DNA of 64,000 nucleotides from Eledone cirrhosa (taxonomy: Eukaryota), in contig OZ024741.1 of assembly GCA_964016885.1 (NCBI GenBank), positions 390,972,001-391,036,000 of the forward strand, given 5' to 3'. The notes under the pieces are model-generated. The model searched no databases. It had not been told where the DNA came from and was given only the letters and a program-made list of their open reading frames with translations. The position numbers were made by a program, and so were the translations under genes. This document shows, piece by piece, positions 1 to 12,001 of the stretch (within the stretch, counting starts at the first letter, position 1; every line of letters begins with the position of its first letter).

Positions 1-151
1 AACCTCCGAGGGTTACTCGTGGTGAAAACCACACAAAAGACCACGGTCACCCTGACCACTAGGGCAAGCGCCCTCTCTTAGTTCTCCAACTCTTCCGTCT
101 ACAGGCCCATACTCAGAACGGGCCCGTTTACTCGGACCAGATTCGCCACTT

Positions 152-3100
152 TCACCCACTATTCAACAAACTTCTAGAAGACAGCACTTGCCTCTCCACC
201 CTGATTTCCCTCTTCAACTGAAACTTGAAAAACTTAATCAGGGATTCGCCGAAGAGGAAATTGTCCGTCTTCAATCCTTTCAACCTTGTACACCAATCTC
301 TTTCGCCATGGCCTCCAGGCAGATGAAAACTTCCTGCCATTCCCTTAAAGGAGGACGGCGGGGCTATCTGCACAATGGACTCAGTCGATAACCGGATCCG
401 TCATACACGTGACACCAACTGTTCGACATAGCTTAAAAAGTCAGCAATGCTCGGGCACTGAAGGAGTGCGTGCACGACGGTTTCGTCGCCCTGCGCGCAT
501 ATCGGACAGGTTCGGCTGTAGAGCTTATCTCAAACCAGCAACGCTCTCCGGTAGCACTGCTAGGCCAGGGATTTCTGGAAATTGTCCATAGGCCACGGGC
601 TGAAAATTCTCTTGAAGAGAGCGAACAGCTGATCGTCTTTGATGCCCAGGGTTCCCCGAGAACGACGTTGCTCTTCCCCTCCACTAGTCCTCTATAGAAC
701 GCCGAGGTGGATGTTCCACCGATACTAGTGCCCAGCTGGTGGAAGGGTGTGGGCGCTTGGAGACATTCCAGCTTCCAAGCGCTATCCCTCAGTCTTTTCC
801 TGATCCAGGACTGCAGCTCCATTAATGAGACGAGCTGGAAGAAAACACGTTTGCAAACGGTGACCACACTTGTTCACCGTCAAGGAAGCACCAGAGATGT
901 CGCAGCCTCAGTGTGTGTTTGTGCATCATCAGCCACGGCATGCCCAGTCCTCCACGCAACGAGTACCGGCGGAAAATGGATCGTCTGACCATAGGAGCAC
1001 GTCCCTTCCATAAAAATGCGGAAGAGGAGGCGCTCCATTTTTGTCAGAGTTGAGCCAGAGCAAGGCACAACGGTTAGGCGGTAGCAGGTGACGGATGCGA
1101 TGAACGCATTCGCAACTTCTGGCCGACCTTTCAGGGACAGCTTCCTCTCGGCCCATTTCTGGGTGAGAGAGGCCACCCTGTTCATCACCCCGCTCCAGTG
1201 TTTCTCCATCTGGAGGTCCGGACCGAACCAGACCCCGAACAATTTAACCGGCCATTCCGTCCAGCGCCCCACGACGCTGTCGGGTGGCATGGACTTGCTT
1301 CTCCAGGTGCCGAGCTGCAAGCCCACCGACTTTTCCTGGTTTAACTTTGCTCCTGTCACTGCTTCATATTCCTTGAGAACGGTGCCGAGCATCTGGACAT
1401 GTTTGGTGCTTGACACCACCACGGTGACGTCGTCGGTGTAAGCCGATACGGATCTCCCACATCCCAGTTTGCGTGGGATGTCTCTCATCGCCTACAATTT
1501 GTGCAGTAACGGCTCTAGGGCCAATACGTACAAGAGTGACGAGAGGGGACAACCCTGACGGACCGAGCGCATGATGCTGAACGGCTGTGACAGATGACCG
1601 TTCACCTTCACAACTGAGCAGATGTCACTGCATCGTAGCGATCCAACCCCTGAAAATGGGCCCGAAACCATCCGCCTAAAGGACTGCCGCCACGTACTGA
1701 TGGTTGACCCTATCAGATGCCTTAGATTGATCAAAGTTGATCAGGGTCCCACCCGTGCCAAGTTCCTTAACCACCCTCTCTATGATGTATCGCATGAGGT
1801 GGAGGTTGTCGTGGATGGATCTGTCTGGAATGGCGCTGGTCTGAGCCTCTCCTACCAGATTACCGACGACAAGCGCCAATCTCTTTGCTAACATCTTGGC
1901 CAAAATCTTGAAATCTGTGTTTAACTGAGTTATGGGCCTGAAGTTGTCTATAGCGTCCCCTTTGTTCGGGTCTTTTCTCAACAGCGTCACCACTCCCCGG
2001 CTCACAAAACTGGGAATGCTCCCGTTCTGCTGCCAGTTGCAGTAGACATCTGCCAAGAGATCGCCGAACAAGTCTGGCATGTACGCATAAAACTCGTAGG
2101 GCAGACCATCCAAACCTGGCGATTTACCCCTCGGGCAGTCAGATCACTACCCGTATTTCACCTGCTGTTATCGGCTTTTCGCAATACTGCACTGTGGTCG
2201 TCGAGAGCTGCGGCAGTCCCTCGAGGTATGCACTGAAGTTCATACTCCAATATGGCCCGCCGTCGCTCCCAAACAGTTGAGCAAAGTGCTGCTGAAAAGC
2301 CTCACACATCTGCTCGGGTTCGAGTAACATGCGCCCGGTTTGATCAGGCAAAGACCGAATTGTGGACTTGTTGCCACGTCGTGCCTGCACCACCCGGGTC
2401 CATTTAATGGTTTTCGTCCCCTCGTGTCTTAGAGTATGCGCTCTAGCTCTGACAATGCAGCCTTTATGCTTTGCATTGAAGAATTGGTCAAGTGCCAATC
2501 TTGCCGCAAGCACGTCGTTTGCGATGCCTGTCCTAAACGCCTCTTCTAGCTTTCTAACTAACTCTCCCACTACTATATTTTCCTCTGCTAAACCTTATCG
2601 ATTCTACTCTAATAGCCATTTTCAGGGTAAACTACCACCTGTTGTTGACAATCGCACCCGTCAACGCACGCTTAACTAATTCGCTAATCCGGTCTCTGTA
2701 AGCTTTGCGCGCCGGGAACAACGCGTTCAGCTTCCAGTAGCCGGGCCCTTGCCTATGGAGTCTATCTAAGTCAACTTCACAGATCAGAAATTTGTGGTCC
2801 ATGTAGTCGACTACCTTAAATTGTGGACAACCTACATTAGCCTTATCTGTTACCCTACAGAATACCCTATCTAAATACGATCTGGATGACCTAATGCGGT
2901 TTTCCCATGTCCACATTGGCACATTCGGATAATCCAGTCTATACCTGTCAGACAGTTCAACACGTCTGAGCAGGTTGTTGAGGCTTTTACACCCTCCATC
3001 CTGTCTACTAACCCCACATAATCACAGCGTGCATCTAAGATACCGTTCCAGTCGCCCACTAACACTAAAGAGCGGGATGTTCCAAGAAAAGTCTCTAGAC

Positions 3101-3446
3101 GTCTGAAGAAATCTGACTGTCCTGCCCCAGTTGGAGCGTAGACGGCTACTAGCTTGAAAGCATTGCCTTCGCTACCGGTCATGTCCAGAACCACCGACTT
3201 ACCTTCTGGGTCCAAGCCTCTCCGAAAAAGCACAGCAACTCCTCTCCCCGATCCTGGACGGCTGGGAGATGCGTATACATCGTAGCCGCCGAAGATCGGT
3301 GCGAAGGCTCGTGCTTCGGAAATTCTGGTCTCGCTGATGGACACCACATCTATGTTTAGTAACCTGAGGTCGTTGAGCAGGTAACCCTGCTTCCAAGGTG
3401 ACCCCAGGCCACGTACATTTATACTGCCTATTCTAAGTACGACCAT
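152..3446 (-). pseudogene. Tx1-type ORF2 (APE endonuclease + RT), many frameshifts
   Basis: Consecutive ORF fragments colinear with the better-preserved copy at 8249-11363. Confidence 0.9.
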
Positions 3447-3479
3447 GTTGGATGAGAAACGGGGTAAGTGAGAGAGGAT

Positions 3480-5400
3480 CACTTACCTTGATCGTGTGGG
3501 GGAGGGACAGTAGAACCGTCCCTTTGGCTGGTCATGGGTGTCTCCAAGATGATGTCGGTGTATATCCTCTTGGTAACCGACCCTCTGAAGTCACCAGCTG
3601 CGTTGGGGAATTTTTCTTTTAAAAGTTTATAATATTCTATTTTAATTTCAATGATGTTTATATTTTTCGGGAGAGTTCTTGGTATTTGTGGGTGTAGTAA
3701 TTTTTGTCTGTAATGTCTGTGTGCTGCTTTATATGTTCTAAGAGTTCTTTATTTGCCATGTTTATGGCTGTGTACTCTTTGGAGGGAGGGATGGTTTTGT
3801 TGCTGTTGGGTGTGCGTGCTTTGTTGTGTTTGCGATGTTGCTGTTTGTGGTGATGCTGGTGGTGGTGTGGTTGTTGTTGGTGGTGATGCTTGTGGTGTTG
3901 ATGGTGGTGGCGTTGCTGCAAGTCGCCTTGCAGCCTTTACCCTTCTTTGTTTGTCCTCGCTTTTGGAGGGCGAAGCTAAGTGGTTCTTTCGTTTTTGTTT
4001 TTTTGTGGAAGACCTTTTGCCACTTCACTCCCGCCTCAGACTCCATGTCGGGTTCTGTGGCGTCTGGGAGGGGTATGTGCTCAATGGCTGTTGGTGGTGG
4101 TAGTATAGCACTCTCCGGCGATTTTGTTGCTGGCGCAGCAACTGCAAATGTAGCTACTGGTGTTGCCGCTACTGCTGCTGCTGTTTTAGTTGTCCGTGGC
4201 CTTGGTATGGGTGCCACGGACGTTGTCCTCCTACTCACAGTGGAAGGGTCTTCTGTCTCTGTTGCTTGCCCTGCTCTTGGTAGCAGCGGATCAGGCGTCA
4301 GAAGGTGGGGAACCTTCTTCTTGACTGACTTCTACGAGCAAAAGGCCAGAGGTGACCCTTTTGCCCACAGAGATAGCACTTTGGGTGCCTTCCTTCCACG
4401 CTTATAAGGAGTTGGAGTCCTTCCCCGAGGTCTATGATATATGGGATGGCCTCGATACACTCCTGGTCAGTTTGTATTAGCATTTGCATGCCTATACCTG
4501 ACCAGTTCTGTCTTCCCATTCTCTGTATTTGCAGTATAGTGGTCCTGTCCCCGATTCCAGCAAGGACAGACGCGGCCAGCCAAGGTATGAGCACGTCGGG
4601 TGGGACCTGGGTCACTTTGACCCTCACAATTTTCTGCCCGCAGTAGGAGGGCACCAAGACTATCTCCTCACTCTTTAGGGTTTCCAAAGAGTGAGGCTTC
4701 GCCTCTTGAGGGGTGGCGAAAAGTATGTCTACTGTGGCATAAGTTTTGCCTCGAGTGATGTGAGTTTTGCGCGCCTAGACGCATCCCAAGGCCTTTTGGA
4801 TTGAGCCTCCGTGGCTCTCTCCACCCGATGTGACATTTTGCTTACGGTGCGGTAAGTCACCGTCCGTAGCTGCTGGTCCTTGAAAAAATCGGGTGGAGGT
4901 TTCAGGGAAACTCTATTGTCATTTCTTGTCACCATGGCCCTTGCGACCGTCATCTCCTCCTCCGTGATTAGCACTGTTTCTATATTTCGGGCCACACCTG
5001 CGAAAGAAGTGGCCCCTTTTTCAGCGGCACCATTATTGCTGCCGCTACTGCTGCTACTGGTCTTGTTGTTGGTGCTGTTGCTGTTGCTACTGCTACAAAC
5101 GGTGTTGTTGCTGTTATAACTGTTGTAGTTGGTTGTGTTTTTGATGCCACCGTTGTTGTTGTTCTCGGTGCAATTTGTATTGTTGCTGGTGGTGTTGTCG
5201 TTGTTTATTTTCTTGTTAGTGGTGTTAATATCGTTGTTGCATTTGTTGTCATTTTTTTCTGTTGTCTGTATTTTGGTTGTCGCTGTTACTGTTGTAGTTG
5301 GTATGGTACTTTTTTTAAAATTAGTGTTCTCAGTGTTGTTGTCATTGCTGTCTTTGTTCACGTTGTTTGTGGAGGTGATTTTTGTGACAATTTCTGTGTT
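3480..5400 (-). pseudogene. Tx1-type ORF1 (gag-like), disrupted
   Basis: ORF pieces 4729-5361, 4298-4687, 3762-4238; CYLCGQKGH knuckle broken by a frameshift; Asn/Thr-rich low-complexity arms; lies upstream of ORF2. Confidence 0.75.
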
Positions 5401-5655
5401 CGCCGTAACCCTCCTCTCAACTTTTACGCCGTTGACACACGACAGCAGACATATCGCTGGGGGCGTGGCTCAGCCATCTTTTTGATAATTTTTGAAAGTA
5501 AAATGTTCAAATATTTGGGCCAAAAGGCTCAAATATTATACTTTCTCCTTCACAGGGCAAAGTCCAAGGGCTTATGTCCCTTACACAATAACAAAAATTT
5601 AACAATAAATAATTTGTGACAGGTAAATAAAGCGACTTACTGGGAGCGAGAAAAA

Positions 5656-6250
5656 GACCCCGTAAGGATGAAGGCAAAGTTAACCTCGGCTGGATTTGAA
5701 CTCAGTCCATAAAGGGCCGTAACTCTTTGTTGCAAAGCATGGCATTCGGCCCTCTACCGATACTGCCAATCCACCAATAATAATAATAATAATAATGATT
5801 TCTAGTATAGGCACAAGGCCAGTAATTTAGGGGAGGGGAGGTCGATTAAATCGACCTCAGTACATTACTGGTACTTTATTTTAACGACCCCGTAAGGATG
5901 AAAGGCAAAGTTAACCTCGGCGGGATTTGAACTCAGACCGTAAAGGGGCGTAACTCTATGTGTCAAAGCATGGTGACCGACTCTACCGATACTGCCAATC
6001 CACCGCCCATAATAATAATAAAAGAAGGTATATACTCATTCTATTACTCATTTGGGTAAACCAACATAATTATTTCTACGTTAGGCACAAGGCCAGCAAT
6101 TACCCAGTGCATTACTGGTACTTTATTTTATCGACCCCGTAAGGATGAAAGGCAAAGTTAACCTCGGCGGGATTTGAACTCAGAATGGCAAGGGCCGTAA
6201 CTCTATGCGTCAAAGCATGGTGTCCGACCCTCTACCAATACTGCCAATCT
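5656..6250 (-). mobile_element. Three tandem copies of a tRNA-derived SINE (5656-5774 partial, ~5797-6008, ~6068-6250)
   Basis: Minus strand has box A-like TGGCAGTATCGG, box B GAGTTCAAATCC, and core GCCTTTCATCCTTACGGGGTCG resembling the MetaSINE-type domain; (AAT)n spacers. Confidence 0.85.
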
Positions 6251-6254
6251 AACA

Positions 6255-7974
6255 TAATGAAGACACAATAAATTCTTTCAGGGTATGGAAGGAAAGAAAT
6301 CCAGGAAGGAGATTAAACCTGAGCGAAAATAAACTTTCAAAGGTAAGAAGAGATATTCTAAGAAACCAGAGACTAACAGATGCAGAGTTAAATGTAATTA
6401 AGATGAACGTTGAAAAACATTCGAGACTACCAATATTAGAAAGGGGTAGGAATAAATATGTAACAGAAGAGACACCAAAAAAATGTATTGACTATATTGT
6501 CACCAGGAGAGATTTCACAGAGCATTGAATATATCAGAAACACAACAGAGCAGGAACGGCAGGTTGACAATAGGGATGAGGGTACTTCTACTTATGAATA
6601 CAAAGATCAGATAAAACAAACAAAACAATAAATTATCAACGAAATTGGAAAAGTCAAAAGCATTAGTATGGGTGAAAGAGAGTCCTTACAAAAATTAACA
6701 AGCAACAACTAGAACAAAAGTCACAAGAACTGGAAATCTGGCTGTTAAAGCAATAATTGAAGAGGTGGAGTCTGATATATCAGAACTGAATGAGGTTATT
6801 TATGCAGCAGCAACAGTATTAGAGATGAAATGTTGGCTAAGAAAAAAGCGAAAGGACACAACACTTACAAAAATACCACCCTCGAAGATACAAATTGAGA
6901 AAGAAATTAAATCTGTGCTGGAAAATCTGTCAAGTCAAGAAAAGGAAAGAAAATGATTAAGAAATACAAAGTAACTTCAAAACTGATACTCCATCAATCA
7001 AAGAAACCCTGAAACAGAAAGTACAGCTGAAGGCTCAAAGAATCAGATTTGAAAAGCGAAATAGGTTTTGCAGGCAAAATTAGCTGTTTATGTCATGCAA
7101 AAAGGTTTTAGAAATTGGGACACAGACAATTCAAGTTAACGAACCTCCATCAATTCATGAAATTGAAGAATTCTGGAAAACAATATGGCGTACAGAAAAA
7201 TTTCATAATGCGAATGCAGAATGAATAAAGAAGATGGAAGAAACATACAATAGTTTAGACATGCAGACTTGGCAAGACTGAGGCTATGGAAGAACTGGAG
7301 TTGACACTAAAGAAAGCCAACAAATGCAAATTCTTTGGCATTGATAAAATGTCAAACTTCTGGTTATCTTCTCTAACTTCTAACCCATGATATGTTGGTA
7401 AAATTTTATAATGAAATTATGCACAACTCCGAGAAAACTCCTAACTGGTTTTCACAAAGTATAACAGATTCCTTGCTAAAATCAACAGAAACAAATATTC
7501 CAAAAAATTATCGTCTTATAATTCTCACCTCAATCTTGACTGAGACAACCTACAAATTTATGGATGAAAATCATCTATTCTCTATTGAGCAGAAAAGTTG
7601 TCGCATTGGGTCTTACAGGTGCAAAGACCAACTTCTCATTAACCGTATGATTTTGGAAAACTGCCATAAAAAGTATAGAAATCTGAGTGCTGTTTGAATT
7701 GACTATAAGAAAGCATTTGGCAGTGTTCCTCACTCATGGACTTTGGATATTCTATAATTTCCCCAGTATCATCAAACTTCCTGAAATACAACATGTTTAT
7801 ATGGATTACAAATCTATCACTGTCACTCAGTGATGGATCTATACATTCCAGCAACATAAGTATTAACTGTGGTATTTTTCAAGGTAATTCCTTTTCTCCT
7901 CTGATATTTTGCATTGCACTCACACCGCTGTCTTTAGCACTCAAGAAAACAAAATATGGCTACAAAATAGACAG

Positions 7975-7975
<1 letters not shown>
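6255..7975 (+). mobile_element. R4/Dong-clade LINE, degraded, truncated within RT
   Basis: Fragments PKNYR, EQKSCRIGSYRCKDQLLINRMILENC, DYKKAF, GIFQGNSFSPLIFCIAL; many stops. Confidence 0.85.
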
Positions 7976-8015
<40 letters not shown>

Positions 8016-8018
<3 letters not shown>

Positions 8019-11000
8019 CTTTATTAGCCACAAAGGCGCACAAGAAAAGGGGACAATACAAAGACATGCCGGGGATTTTACATACAGTCGTGTAAAAAAT
8101 ATAAAAACAAACAATTACAACAATCGAAATCCCCAATAGGGGAGAGGCGCCACAAATGGGTTGTTTAATACCCCGTCGATAGAACAACCCTCAACTCCAG
8201 GAGCATGTTGTGCAGGTGCTCTTTCTTCCCTTTGCTCTCTTCCTCAACCTACAGGCTTATAAACAGAGAAGGCCCAATCACTCGGGCCATTTTCGCTTCA
8301 TTCAAACACCTTTCAGTAAATTTACTGGAGTACAGTGCCTCTCTCTCCACCCTGATTCTCCTTCTAAAGTGATACTTAAAGAAGGGAACCAATTGTTGTC
8401 CGGAGAGAAAGGCATCTGTCCTCAGTCCTCTCAACCTCGTCCACCATATAACTTCTTTCACCATAGCCACCGTACAGAGGAAAACCGCCTCTCTTTCGTT
8501 TTTGAAAGAGGCTGGCGGTTTGATCCTTACTATGGACTCGGCAGTCAACTGGATTTGTCCCATACGCGACAGCAGTTGTTCTGCATAGTTCCACAGGTCG
8601 GTTAAGACTGGGCAGTGTACAATTGCGTGCAGGACTGTTTCAATGTCCTGCGCGCATCTTGGACACGTCCTCTTGGAAGGATCCCTGCCGGGGCGTCCGT
8701 GCCTGTAGATCTTGTCACGAACCGGTAGAGCTCCTCGGTAGCACTGCCCGGCCAGGGACCTCTGGAAGTTGTCCATAGGTCCCGGGCGGAAAGTCCTACC
8801 AAACAGACTGGTGAGCTCATCGTCTTCGACGCCCAGAGTCTCTCCGAGTACGTCGTCGCCCTTGTAACGTACAATCCCTCTATAGAATGTCGAAGTGGAG
8901 TCTCCACTGATTGCTGCGCCCGCTTGCCAGAGGACTGTGAGCGTCTGAGCGCATTCAATGTGCCAGGCGCCCATCGTTTTCGGTCTTTTCTTCACCCAGG
9001 ACTGCAGCTCCGTCAGCGAGACGAGCTGTGGGAAAGCCTGTCTCACAAACGGTTCCCACACCGGTTGGGGGTCGGTGAGGAATACCTGGAGATGCCGCAG
9101 CCTCAGCGCATGTTTGCGCATCATCAGCCACGGCATTCCCAGCCCTCCATTGGAAGGGTGCTGACAGCAGACGGATCTCCTCACCAGCGGAGCCTGCTTT
9201 TTCCACAGAAACTGGAAGAGCATGCGTTCCATCTTGGCGAGGTGTTCACGGGGACAAGGCACGACAGTCAAGCGGTAGTAGATGACGGACGCTATGAAAG
9301 TGTTCGCCACCTCCGCTCGACCTTTCAAGGACAGTTTGCACTCTGCCCACTTCTGGGTGAGTGCAAACACCTTGGCCGTGACCTCGTTCCAGTTTTTCTC
9401 CACCTGGAGGTCTGGACCGAACCAGACCCCGAGCAATTTCACCGGTCCGTCCGTCCAGCGTCCAACGACGCTGTCGGACGTCATCGGTTTGCCTCTCCCC
9501 GTACCGAGTTGCAAACCGACAGACTTGTCCGGGTTTAGTTTTTCTTCCGTCAGCGTTTCGTATTCTTTCAGTAAGTTGCCGATCACCCCGATTTCCGAGG
9601 TGCTCGACACCATTACTGTCACGTCGTCGGCATAAGCCGACGCCGCTTTACGCAGTCCCGGTTCTAGAAGGATGCCCTGCAACAGCTCCAATTTCCGCAG
9701 TAGTGGCTCTAGAGTCAATACATACAGAATGGAGGAGGGAGGGAACCCCTGTCGAATGGAACGCGTGATTGCGAACGGCTCCGATAGGTAACCGTTCACC
9801 TTGACCCTCGAGCAGATGCTGGTGTGCATCGCCTCGATCCATCCTCTGAACACGGGACCGAAACCGGGCGCCTTGAGAACCGCTTCCAAGTATCGATGGT
9901 CGACCCTATCGAATGCCTTAGACTGATCCAAGTTGATCAGAGCCCCACCGAAGCCGGGTTTACTACCCACCCTCTCTATGATGTATCGCATGAGGTGGAG
10001 GTTGTCGTGTATGGACCTGGTCGGGATTGCACACGTTTGCGCTTTCCCTACCAGGTTCTCGACGACAAGCGCCAACCTCGTCGCTAGCACCTTGGCCAAA
10101 ATCTTTAACTCTGTGTTGAGCAGAGTTATGGGCCTGAAGTTGTTAATTTCGTCCCCCTTGTTCTCGTCTTTCCTGATCAGCGTTACTACGCCCTTGTCTG
10201 CAGAACTGGGAATTCTCCCGTTCTGCTGCCAATTGCAGTAGACGGCTTCGAGGACGCCAGAGAACAAGTCCGGCATGCCTATGTAAAATTCGTAGGGTAG
10301 ACCATCTAGACCAGGTGACTTGCGTTTCCCGCAGCGGCCCAGAGCGTCCCGTATCTCAGTGTCCGTGATCGGTCTTTCGCAGAACTCGGCGTCCGTGTTC
10401 GAGAGACGCGACAGGCCGTCGAGGTATGAACTAAAGTCCATTGCCCCGTTCGACTCACCGTCGTTCTGCTCAAACAGTCGCGCAAAGTGCCGCTGAAAGG
10501 CCGCGCACATTTGCTTGTGGTCAAGTAGCACGCGTCCGTTTTGGTCTTTCAAAGACCGAATCGTTGCCACTTTTTGCCTCCGCCACTCGGGCCCAGCTGA
10601 CAGCTTTCGCTCCTTCGTTTCCTAGAGCACGTGTTTTTCTTCTGACCACGCAGCCTTCGTGTTTCGCATCGAAGAACTGGTCCAGTGCCGTTCTCGACGC
10701 TAACACTCTAGCCGCGTTGCCACTTCTAAGTGCCTCCTCTACCTTGGCTACTAGTTCTCTTTCTATTCTGTTTTTCTCTAAGACTAACTCCCTGCTATAC
10801 CCTATCGATTCTATTCTAATTGCTTTCTTGAGAGAGTACCACCATCTATTGTTGACGATGGCTCCCGTTAACTGTGGCTTGACTAGTCTACTTATCCGTT
10901 CACTGTAAGCTTTACGTGCCGGCAACGACACGTTCAGCTTCCAGTATCCGGGACCCTGTCTATGTATTCTATCACGGTTGACTAAGCAGACGACTAACTT

Positions 11001-11386
11001 GTGATCTAAATAGGCAACCATGTGCATTCGTGGACAGCTTAACATCTCCTTGTCCCTTTCTCTAATGAAGAACCTATCTAAATACGATCTAGATGTCTCA
11101 CTGCGGTTTTCCCACGTCCACTGTGGTGCAGTCAGGAAATTCAGTCGATACCTATCGGCCAGTTGGAATTGGCCGATTAAAGTTTTGAGGCTGTTGCACC
11201 CCGCTCTACTGGGACATGCTCCCACATAGTCCCATCGTGCATCTAGGATACCATTCCAGTCCCCCACTAAAAGTAAGGAGCGAGACGTTCCCAGAAAAGA
11301 CTCTAGACACTTAAAGAAGTCTGGCCGTGATTGCGATTGCCCGGTCGGGGCATAAACGGCCACCAGTCAGAAGGCTCCACCTCTGA
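8016..11386 (-). mobile_element. Second Tx1/L1-clade LINE, 5'-truncated within APE; 3' end runs into (TA)n
   Basis: Minus strand ends CTAATAAAGAAA(TA)n; ORF2 is well preserved. Confidence 0.93.
8249..11363 (-). pseudogene. Tx1 ORF2: partial APE, RT, C-terminal Cys/His finger; one frameshift near 10565
   Basis: 280-aa + 773-aa ORFs with KSPGLDGLPYEFY, LDQSKAFDRV, AYADD, CPRC..ETVLHAIVHC. Confidence 0.92.
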
Positions 11387-11633
11387 TAGATATTCATACA
11401 CAAAGCGTTAGCATCAACAGTTTTCCAAGAGGTGGCAACATGATTGGACCTGTTATTTTTCTCTAAAAAATATTCATGGTATGGAGTTATCTCTTGAATG
11501 TAATTCTCTTGAAACTTCTAACAACATCTAAATTCATGAAGATATGTAGAGCAAAGAACAGATGCGTCATATGAATCGTGCCATTGCGAGTTAAAATTAT
11601 GTTTTGAGTATAACTTGGTTACCCCCCCCCCCC

Positions 11634-11734
<101 letters not shown>

Positions 11735-11777
11735 ATGGAAAACGAAAAATCAGTGATGCATCGGAACTCAATTTATT

Positions 11778-11870
11778 ACGTATTACAATTGTTTCTTCGG
11801 CGAACAGCTCGAGGTGCGATCTGAGTGTGGATCGAACCTGACTCTGGATTCGCATGTTCGTCAGACACGT
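11778..11870 (-). ncRNA. Type I hammerhead ribozyme in a ~175-bp segment between two (TA)n runs
   Basis: acgtgt-CTGACGA-long stem II-GAAAC-aatt-GTA-atacgt, then AATAAA; stem I pairs, and stem III ACAATTGT is palindromic. Confidence 0.8.
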
Positions 11871-11905
11871 CTATTGATTTCGGAGCAAATCCTCTTTCAG
11901 CTTCC

Positions 11906-11997
<92 letters not shown>

Positions 11998-12001
<4 letters not shown>

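Larger units (their letters stand above)
1..5655 (-). mobile_element. Tx1/L1-clade non-LTR retrotransposon, near full length, frameshifted; 3' end runs off the window
   Basis: Minus-strand order: ORF1 with zinc knuckle, APE endonuclease (GSINVRG, SETRI, VGDWNG, SYLDR), RT (DGLPYEFY, NFRPITQLNTDFKILAK, QGCPLS, YTDD), C-terminal region. Confidence 0.92.

Noticed and set aside
3658-4407. His-rich and hydrophobic membrane-like ORFs
   Set aside because: Alternate or antisense frames of the low-complexity Tx1 ORF1.
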